A DNA stretch of 35,878 nt from an uncultured Chitinophaga sp. (lineage in GTDB: Bacteria; Bacteroidota; Bacteroidia; 2-12-FULL-35-15), in the NCBI GenBank assembly GCA_964568515.1, contig CAZMRM010000001.1, forward strand, positions 13,049 to 48,926, written 5' to 3'. The translations under genes were made by a program, and so were the position numbers. Each line of letters starts with the position of its first letter. Within the stretch, counting starts at the first letter, position 1. Positions 29,484-35,878 of the stretch are shown here, piece by piece. The notes under the pieces were generated by a model that worked only from the letters and a program-made list of their open reading frames with translations, was not told the DNA's origin and did no database searches.

Positions 29484-30341
29484 ATGCGATTTTTTAAGCT
29501 TATAGTATTCATCAGCATTTTTTTTCTATTTACAGGGGCAAATTCTTCGATTAAAACAGTTTCCTGTAAAGAGATATTGGCAAAAATGCTGGACAGTATA
29601 AAAGCTATAAAAACACAACAATATTATTTGAAGGCTACTGAACGTGTGGAGAATCATTTATTATTTGCAGAATCAATTGTAAAAATTAATGAGTATCCTA
29701 AAAAAATATATTTCAAAAGCCTGGAAAAAAATGTAGAAGTATTGTGGATAACAGGTGCTAATAAAGGAAATGCAATTGTTCATTCAAAAAGTTTACCTTT
29801 TATCAATATGGATCTGGATCCGTATGGAGCCATTATGAGAAAGAACCAGCACCATACTATTTTCGATTTAGGTTTTCATTATATTGGTCAGACACTTGCT
29901 GCTACTATATTGCAGAGCAGCAAGACTTTTGATAAGCATTTTTCTTTTGCAGGAACATTAACATGGGATAAAAAAGAATGTTTTCAATTACTGATCAGTT
30001 ATCCTGATTACAAATGGATACAGCACATTACAAAAAAAGGTGAAACGGTTACTCACATTGCCAAACTTTACAATACAAGTGATTTTAAAATAAGGTATAA
30101 AAATGATTTGTCCAGCTATTTCGGCACAATTAAAGAAGGAAAGCAACTCCTGGTTCCTGTTCCCTATTCGAACAGGGCCATTTTGTTCATTGATAAAAAA
30201 ACCTGTTTACCGATCAATTTAAAAGTGTATGATGAAGAAGGATTATTTGAAGCCTATGAGTTTTATAATATACAGATCAACAAATCGTTTGCTGAAAATG
30301 AATTTTCAACCGCTTTTAAAGATTACAATTTTAAAAACTAA
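29484..30341 (+). CDS. Secreted DUF1571-like protein with an embedded LysM domain (paralog 1)
   Basis: 285 aa with a signal peptide. It has a LysM-like block, ITKKGETVTHIAKLYNTSDFKIRYKNDLSSYFGTIKEGKQLLVP. It aligns along its whole length with the next gene. Confidence 0.75.
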   Translation: MRFFKLIVFISIFFLFTGANSSIKTVSCKEILAKMLDSIKAIKTQQYYLKATERVENHLLFAESIVKINEYPKKIYFKSLEKNVEVLWITGANKGNAIVHSKSLPFINMDLDPYGAIMRKNQHHTIFDLGFHYIGQTLAATILQSSKTFDKHFSFAGTLTWDKKECFQLLISYPDYKWIQHITKKGETVTHIAKLYNTSDFKIRYKNDLSSYFGTIKEGKQLLVPVPYSNRAILFIDKKTCLPINLKVYDEEGLFEAYEFYNIQINKSFAENEFSTAFKDYNFKN

Positions 30342-30379
30342 ACTTAATTAATTGAAAAAATTAAGACCATCCAAATCAA

Positions 30380-31255
30380 ATGAAATTTAAAATAATACAT
30401 CCCCTGCACATTATTTTGATTGTAGCATTTGCTATGTTAGCCAGCTCCTTTGCTGTAACTAAAAAAGCGGAAGAAGATGGTGTAATGACCAATGATGAAT
30501 TGCTAAAAAATATTTTTTCTGCCATTCAAAATTTGAAAACTCTGCGTTACAATCTGCAATGTAATGAACGCATCAAAGGACGTCTACAGCATACGGAATC
30601 AAAAGTAAAACTGCAGATCTCTCCACGAAAATTATATTTATACATTAAAGGGATTGAAGTATTATGGTGTGAAGGAACAAATAATGGCAACGCATTGGTA
30701 AACCCTGGTTCATTCCCTTATATCAATTTAAATCTTGATCCTAACGGATCACTCATGAGAAAGGATCAGCATCATACCATTAATGAGATGGGGTATAATT
30801 ATCTGGAAGATATTATAAGGGATGGGTTAAGAAAATCAGCAGACAAGGTGGATAAACATTTCATTTATCTTGGAGAAGAAAATTACGATAACCGGCCTTG
30901 TTACAAACTCTCCATTACGTTTCCGGAATTTGCCTGGAATTCTTATACCGTAAAAAAAGGAGAAACACTTATTACCATAGCACGTAAACTTCATGTAAGC
31001 GAATACATGGTAATGGAAAATAATCCGGGAATCAGCTGGTATAATGATATTGAAGAAGGTGATGTAATAAAAGTTCCCAACTATTATTCAAAGCTTACAC
31101 TTCTTTTAATTGATAAAGAATATTTTCTACCGGTGAATAATAAAGTATTTGATGACAAAGGTCTTTTTGAAACGTATGAGTATCATAATATGGAAGTAAA
31201 TAAACCCATTGATCCAAAAGAATTTACCAAACATTTTGAAGGGTATAATTTTTAA
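30380..31255 (+). CDS. Secreted DUF1571-like protein with an embedded LysM domain (paralog 2)
   Basis: 291 aa. It has a LysM block, YTVKKGETLITIARKLHVSEYMVMENNPGISWYNDIEEGDVIKVP (nt 30944-31078). It shares these motifs with paralog 1: EVLW..G.N.GNA.V, P(F/Y)IN(M/L)(D/N)LDP.G..MRK.QHHTI, DKHF, GLFE.YE(F/Y).N. Confidence 0.75.
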   Translation: MKFKIIHPLHIILIVAFAMLASSFAVTKKAEEDGVMTNDELLKNIFSAIQNLKTLRYNLQCNERIKGRLQHTESKVKLQISPRKLYLYIKGIEVLWCEGTNNGNALVNPGSFPYINLNLDPNGSLMRKDQHHTINEMGYNYLEDIIRDGLRKSADKVDKHFIYLGEENYDNRPCYKLSITFPEFAWNSYTVKKGETLITIARKLHVSEYMVMENNPGISWYNDIEEGDVIKVPNYYSKLTLLLIDKEYFLPVNNKVFDDKGLFETYEYHNMEVNKPIDPKEFTKHFEGYNF

Positions 31256-31257
31256 AC

Positions 31258-31289
31258 AAAAAAGCGACTTGCAGGAGCCGCTTTTTTTT
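31258..31289. terminator. Bidirectional terminator between convergent genes
   Basis: The arms are AAAAAAGCG...CGCTTTTTT, with extra internal pairing, an A-run on the left and T8 on the right. Confidence 0.6.
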
Positions 31290-31299
31290 GTTTAATCAT

Positions 31300-31818
31300 T
31301 TATATACTTGTATATATTTTCTCTGAAGTTATTTTGCCATTTTCATCCCACATAGACCATTTCCCTACTTTCTTGTCCATTGCATAAAACATTTCGTAAC
31401 GTTTGGTTCCATTTGCATCCCATATCATCCAGGTACCATTTTTTTTTCCATTCACGTAGAATGCTTCGGCTATTTTGTTTCCTGCTTCATCCCAATGTAA
31501 CCATTGTTCATTCTTTTCATTGTTAAGGAAGATCCCGGTCTCTTTAATATTCCCATTTTCATAATAGTAGGTTACTTGTCCATTCTTTTTCCCATCCATC
31601 AATGTGATGCTTGCCAGTTTACTACCATTTTGCGAATATGTATTATAGGTGCCCGAATACAACGTACCTGTTGGCGTATAATACAAACCTTCTCTTAATA
31701 GAATATTTTGAGCCTGAAGCTGAATTCCGAAAAGCAGCAGGAACATAAAAAATACTATCCGGTTCAACAAAAATGCAGACGTTGCTGCAATTGTTGTTTG
31801 TTTTGCTATCGATTTCAT
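31300..31818 (-). CDS. Secreted MORN-repeat-variant (YwqK-like) protein
   Basis: 172 aa with a hydrophobic N-terminus. It has the repeats GQVTYYYENGN, EQWLHWDEAGN, GTWMIWDANG and GKWSMWDENGK. Confidence 0.75.
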   Translation of the reverse strand: MKSIAKQTTIAATSAFLLNRIVFFMFLLLFGIQLQAQNILLREGLYYTPTGTLYSGTYNTYSQNGSKLASITLMDGKKNGQVTYYYENGNIKETGIFLNNEKNEQWLHWDEAGNKIAEAFYVNGKKNGTWMIWDANGTKRYEMFYAMDKKVGKWSMWDENGKITSEKIYTSI

Positions 31819-31987
31819 AACGTTTGATGTTTTTATTTAAACAAATCAAACGCAAAAAAGGGACAGAAGTTTATCTTTTGCCAAACAATTTGATAAAATA
31901 ACTCTAATGTTAAATTATCGTAAACTTAACACGTCAAAAAAAAGTTGTTTTTTATCGTTTAAAAAGAGGTACAGTTAAAACAGCGGG

Positions 31988-32326
31988 TTATTTAGAGGCA
32001 ATTTCTATAACAAGGGGTGTGTATGAAAACAAATTGATGGTGACACATGCTTCATTATATGAGATATAATGAACTGCTGCTTCTATTGTTGATGTAAGAA
32101 CATCTGTAGAAACAATTGCCGTAAAGTTTCCTTCCAGATCGCTGTATACTTTTTTTTCCCCAATCACAATTTCAGCGCCTGCAATTTCTTCACCGCTTTG
32201 TTTATCGATTATTTTTCCATTGATGAGTTTGGTATTAGAGCGGTCAGGAGTTCCGGCAGGCGTAGTACCTGCATATACCAGGTTTCCAATAAGAAGGGTG
32301 ATCAGAATCAAACTATTTTTAAACAT
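31988..32326 (-). CDS. Small secreted protein with a carboxypeptidase-regulatory-like (CarboxypepD_reg) domain
   Basis: 112 aa. It has the signal peptide MFKNSLILITLLIGNLVYAG, followed by INGKIIDKQSGEEIAGAEIVIGEKKVYSDLEGNFTAIV. Confidence 0.65.
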   Translation of the reverse strand: MFKNSLILITLLIGNLVYAGTTPAGTPDRSNTKLINGKIIDKQSGEEIAGAEIVIGEKKVYSDLEGNFTAIVSTDVLTSTIEAAVHYISYNEACVTINLFSYTPLVIEIASK

Positions 32327-32489
32327 ATACTTTAAAATTTTCTATGCAAAAGTAAAGTTTGCTTTAATTATTCCCTTTAAGCACAATTTAAATTTTCGTT
32401 AAATATGTGTTAAAAAAAAGCTAAGTGCCCTTTACTAAAGGGATACAAAGATAAGACAAATTCCCTAAAGTAAAATTAATTTTAATTTA

Positions 32490-33215
32490 ATGTCAAACAA
32501 TGAATACAAAATTACTTTAGCGGACTATAAAAAAAGAATGGTCGCATCAAATTTTAAAATTCTAATTATCGATACAGAACCAGAAGTTATTTCTACTGTT
32601 GTTTCGATTTTAAAAACAGAAGGCTTTTCTGTACTTACTTGCTGTAATTCCAAAGAATCTATTCAATTAGCGATAGATTATCAACCGGAATTGATCCTGG
32701 TAGATTTACTCATGCCTGAAATGGATGGAATAGACATCTGTTTGGAACTGAGGAAAAAGAATGAGCTAAAAAGTTCGCTAATTGTTTTCCATACCGAAAG
32801 AAATGAAGATTATTCACAAATTGCGGCTTTTAATGCAGGAGCAGATGATTACATCATTAAACCCATTAAAGCGAGAGTATTGATCAGCCGCCTAACCGCT
32901 TTGCTTAAACGTCATAACACACATAACAAAAGGCCAAAAATTGAAAGGGGGCTGCAGGTGGATCGGGAGCGTTACCTCATTTTCAAAGATGGTGAGGAAA
33001 TTATTTTACCACGCAAAGAATTTGAATTATTAGCACTTTTAATTGCCTCCCCCCGAAAAGTGTTTACCCGGAAAGAAATTTCCAGCACTGTATGGGGTTA
33101 TGAAGTTTTTACGAAAAACCGTACAATCGATGTTCATATCCGTAAACTTCGTGAAAAACTTGGCGAAAAATACATCAAGACCATTAAAGGAATCGGGTAC
33201 AGTATAGAATTATAA
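32490..33215 (+). CDS. OmpR/PhoB-family response regulator (receiver plus winged-helix), with no adjacent histidine kinase
   Basis: 241 aa. The receiver reads KILIIDTEPEV...LILVDLLMPEMDG...IIKP. The C-terminal trans_reg_C-like region reads LPRKEFELLALL...RTIDVHIRKLREKL...IKTIKGIGY. An alternative start is Met16. Confidence 0.88.
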   Translation: MSNNEYKITLADYKKRMVASNFKILIIDTEPEVISTVVSILKTEGFSVLTCCNSKESIQLAIDYQPELILVDLLMPEMDGIDICLELRKKNELKSSLIVFHTERNEDYSQIAAFNAGADDYIIKPIKARVLISRLTALLKRHNTHNKRPKIERGLQVDRERYLIFKDGEEIILPRKEFELLALLIASPRKVFTRKEISSTVWGYEVFTKNRTIDVHIRKLREKLGEKYIKTIKGIGYSIEL

Positions 33216-33306
33216 CGTTTTTATTTTTTTGTTGCCGGGTTTCAATAAACAGGTTTCCGGTTATTCCTTCCCTCCTATGGATAGCCATATGGCATCCCAA
33301 TTTTTC

Positions 33307-33314
33307 TATATTTG
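33307..33314 (+). promoter_or_regulatory. -7 promoter box TATATTTG for the amidase gene
   Basis: It matches TAnnTTTG exactly and lies 31 nt upstream of the ATG at 33346. No TTTG-type -33 element is visible. Confidence 0.5.
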
Positions 33315-33345
33315 CAGGGATCTAATCCCTTAAAATTTCAACCTG

Positions 33346-34950
33346 ATGAAAAAACATGTACCTGCCCTTTTATTGCTACTCTGTATTTCAATTGTTTTAT
33401 TAGTTGATTCCTGTAAACCGAGAATCAAGGATGAAACGACTGCCGCTGATTCAACAACGATCATAAATCTGGAAGAGATCAGCATCTCTGATTTGCAGGA
33501 TGGATATAAACAAGGAAAGTACACCATTACAGCGGTTGTACAAAACTATTTGAACAGGATCAATGAGATTGATAAAGATGGTGCGGCTCTTCACTCTGTT
33601 ATAGAAGTAAATCCGGATGCGGTAGCCATTGCAGAAGAACTGGACAAAGAGCTGAAAGCAGGAAAAAACAGAGGACCTTTACATGGTATTCCCATTCTTT
33701 TAAAAGATAATATTGACACACATGACAAAATGCATACAACGGCCGGGGCAATTGTATTAAAAAATTCAATCCCTTTACAAGACAGTTGGGTAGCAAAAAA
33801 ATTAAGAGAAGCCGGAGCAGTTATTCTTGGCAAAACAAATTTAAGTGAATGGGCACACTTCAGAGCGCAGTTGGCAACAAGCGGTTGGAGCGGTCTTGGT
33901 GGCCAGACAAAAAATCCTTATGTACTCGATAGAAACCCTTGTGGTTCCAGTTCCGGTTCAGGAGTAGCGGTGGCAGCAAATTTATGTGCATTGGCAATAG
34001 GAACAGAAACCGACGGATCCATTGTTTGTCCTTCCAACAATAACGGAATAGTTGGTTTAAAACCTACAGTGGGCTTAATAAGCCGTGCAGGTATTATTCC
34101 GATTTCCTTTACACAAGATACCCCCGGTCCAATGGGACGCTCTGTAAAAGATGTAGCAATTAGCCTGGGAGCATTAACAGGTATTGATCCTGCTGATAGC
34201 AAAACTACTGCATCACAGGGAAACACACATACAGATTATACAGCTTTCTTAAAAACAGATGGTTTAAAAGGTAAACGCATTGGTTTTCTAAAAAACAGCA
34301 TTGGTTTTCATCCCAAAGTGGATGTATTGATAAACAAAGCCATTGAAGATTTAAAAAGTCAAGGGGCAGAAGTGATTGAAATTCAATTCCCGCTAGACGG
34401 ATCCACTTATAACGCCTCTTTCCAGGTGCTACTTTATGAATTCAAAGATGGTTTGAATAACTATTTTACAGGTTTGGGAACAACTGCACCGGTAAAAAGT
34501 TTAAAAGAACTGATCGAATTCAATAAAAAGGATTCGGTTGAGCTGAAATATTTCAATCAGAATTTTCTTGAAATGGCGGAGGCGAAAGGGGATCTGGGAT
34601 CGGCAGAGTATAAAAAATCACTGACTGCCATGTTAAAAGCTACACGTGAAAATGGTATTGACAAATTACTAAAGGATCATCAACTGGATGCATTCATGGC
34701 ACCAACAGGCGGACCTGCATGGAAAACAGATATAATCAATGGTGATCTATTTTTAGGAAGCAGCTCTTCCTATGCTGCGATTTCCGGCTATCCCAGTATC
34801 TCTGTTCCGATGGGCTTTATTGAGGAGTTGCCAGTAGGTATCTCCTTTTTTGGCAAAGCCTGGAGTGAGCCTCAATTATTGGAGATCGCTTATTCTTACG
34901 AACAAAAAACAAAACATAGAAAAGCACCGAAATATATAAAGACCAACTGA
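33346..34950 (+). CDS. Amidase-signature family amidase, predicted lipoprotein
   Basis: 534 aa. It has a lipobox, LLVDSC, and the AS motifs LKDNIDT and GGSSSGSGVAVAANL. The stop codon is TGA. Confidence 0.88.
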   Translation: MKKHVPALLLLLCISIVLLVDSCKPRIKDETTAADSTTIINLEEISISDLQDGYKQGKYTITAVVQNYLNRINEIDKDGAALHSVIEVNPDAVAIAEELDKELKAGKNRGPLHGIPILLKDNIDTHDKMHTTAGAIVLKNSIPLQDSWVAKKLREAGAVILGKTNLSEWAHFRAQLATSGWSGLGGQTKNPYVLDRNPCGSSSGSGVAVAANLCALAIGTETDGSIVCPSNNNGIVGLKPTVGLISRAGIIPISFTQDTPGPMGRSVKDVAISLGALTGIDPADSKTTASQGNTHTDYTAFLKTDGLKGKRIGFLKNSIGFHPKVDVLINKAIEDLKSQGAEVIEIQFPLDGSTYNASFQVLLYEFKDGLNNYFTGLGTTAPVKSLKELIEFNKKDSVELKYFNQNFLEMAEAKGDLGSAEYKKSLTAMLKATRENGIDKLLKDHQLDAFMAPTGGPAWKTDIINGDLFLGSSSSYAAISGYPSISVPMGFIEELPVGISFFGKAWSEPQLLEIAYSYEQKTKHRKAPKYIKTN

Positions 34951-35069
34951 TTATATGCCGAAATTATCTTCTATCGTGTACTTCAAAGAATAGAAGGCAA
35001 CAATTTAGCTTTCTTCACGTATTTTAATCAAATTGTATTGAAAGTTTATTCAATGTACCAGTATCCTTT

Positions 35070-35878
35070 ATGACAAAAAAAATAAATAAAATACAGATAC
35101 GTCACTTAAAACTCAAGGACTATGAAGGTTTGAAATCAACTATGGTAGGTGCCTACAAGGACATGGAAGGATCGCATTGGGGAGAAGATCACATTGCACG
35201 TTTATTAAAAAAATTTCCGAAGGGACAGCTTGCTGCTATTGTGGATGGAAAAGTGGTAGGCTGTGCTTTATCACTCATCGTGAAATCAGAAGATTTTGAA
35301 GAGGATCATACTTACCAGGAAATCACCGGTAATTATACATTTGATACACATAACCCTGACGGTGATATTTTATATGGGATTGATATCTTTATCAGTTCGG
35401 AGTACAGGGGTTTACGATTGGGCAGGCGCTTATATGATACACGTAAAGAAGTATGTGAAAAGCTGAACTTAAAATCAATTGTGTTTGGTGGCCGCATTCC
35501 GAATTACAAAGATCATGCTGATAAAATATCACCAAAGGAATACATTCAAAAAGTTAAACAAAAAGAAATATATGACCCTGTACTCACTTTTCAGCTAAGT
35601 AATGACTTCCACGTTTTAAAGGTCATCAAAGGGTATTTGCCCGATGATAAAAGTTCACAGGAGTATGCCACACTCCTTGAATGGAACAACATCTATTACC
35701 GTCCTTCACAAAAAGTGATCAACACCAAAAAATCAGTTGTTCGCCTGGGACTTGTACAGTGGCAGATGCGACCGCTTAAAAATATACAAATGTTATATGA
35801 ACAGATGGAATATTTTGTGGATGCCGTGTCGGATTACAGTTGCAATTTTGCCTTATTTCCCGAATTTTTCAATGCCCC
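35070..35878 (+). CDS. GNAT N-acetyltransferase / carbon-nitrogen hydrolase fusion protein, 3' end truncated by the window edge
   Basis: Absent from the track because it runs off the edge. Manual translation from the ATG at 35070 gives MTKKINKIQIRHLKLKDYEGLKSTM... It includes IFISSEYRGLRLGRRLY (GNAT). The sequence VRLGLVQWQMRP...ALFPEFFNAP marks the start of a nitrilase-superfamily domain. Confidence 0.8.
   Translation, partial: MTKKINKIQIRHLKLKDYEGLKSTMVGAYKDMEGSHWGEDHIARLLKKFPKGQLAAIVDGKVVGCALSLIVKSEDFEEDHTYQEITGNYTFDTHNPDGDILYGIDIFISSEYRGLRLGRRLYDTRKEVCEKLNLKSIVFGGRIPNYKDHADKISPKEYIQKVKQKEIYDPVLTFQLSNDFHVLKVIKGYLPDDKSSQEYATLLEWNNIYYRPSQKVINTKKSVVRLGLVQWQMRPLKNIQMLYEQMEYFVDAVSDYSCNFALFPEFFNA

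Noticed and set aside
3403-34226. About 40 short (60-102 aa) antisense or off-frame track ORFs inside susD, susC, sucA, sucB, yitT, tdh, cysS, the amidase and other genes
   Set aside because: Each is nested within a longer ORF that has strong family motifs. None has a recognisable domain or a plausible promoter. I treat them as frame noise rather than overprinted genes.
1-35878. Scan for CRISPR arrays, tRNA or rRNA genes, IS elements, integrases, terminal inverted repeats and known defence-system genes
   Set aside because: None was found by eye. There is no regularly spaced repeat array, no tRNA T-loop/acceptor pattern and no transposase- or recombinase-like ORF. Every large ORF has a housekeeping or envelope assignment. 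A proper tRNAscan, Infernal or repeat-finder run would be needed to be certain.

Overview
This is an AT-rich chromosomal segment from a Bacteroidota genome, probably the Chitinophagales/Sphingobacteriia type. Supporting signs are a SusC/SusD pair, TAnnTTTG -7 promoter boxes 15-30 nt upstream of start codons, an HU-CCDC81/SPOR protein, an M28 glutaminyl-cyclase-like lipoprotein and MORN-variant proteins. Almost all of it is densely packed housekeeping DNA:
- arginine biosynthesis (argC partial, argG, a GNAT gene)
- an orphan SusC/SusD transporter pair with a divergent small XRE regulator
- 2-oxoglutarate dehydrogenase E1/E2 (sucA, sucB)
- a 2Fe-2S ferredoxin plus an unknown gene
- envelope and LPS genes (rfbA, kdsB, a GT9 glycosyltransferase)
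- polyprenyl synthase, a YitT membrane protein, trhO, GalE-like threonine dehydrogenase, cysS, acyl-CoA thioesterase, hemJ
- two tandem DUF1571-like/LysM paralogs, two MORN-repeat secreted proteins, an orphan OmpR-type response regulator, a secreted amidase, and the start of a GNAT/carbon-nitrogen-hydrolase fusion

I saw no rRNA, tRNA, CRISPR array, transposase, integrase, phage module or recognisable defence system, and I cannot point to a convincing novel multi-gene system. The observations most worth following up are:
- a roughly 310-nt structured leader upstream of the arg operon, with a 45-codon uORF ending Arg-Arg-stop
- the tandem LysM-containing paralogs and the nearby orphan regulator and amidase promoter repeats
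- a strong cysS terminator embedded in the signal-peptide coding region of the next gene
- all three TGA stops in the window being followed by long open in-frame stretches
- a G9 homopolymer inside tdh

All functional calls rest on motif and family recognition by eye. No database search was run.
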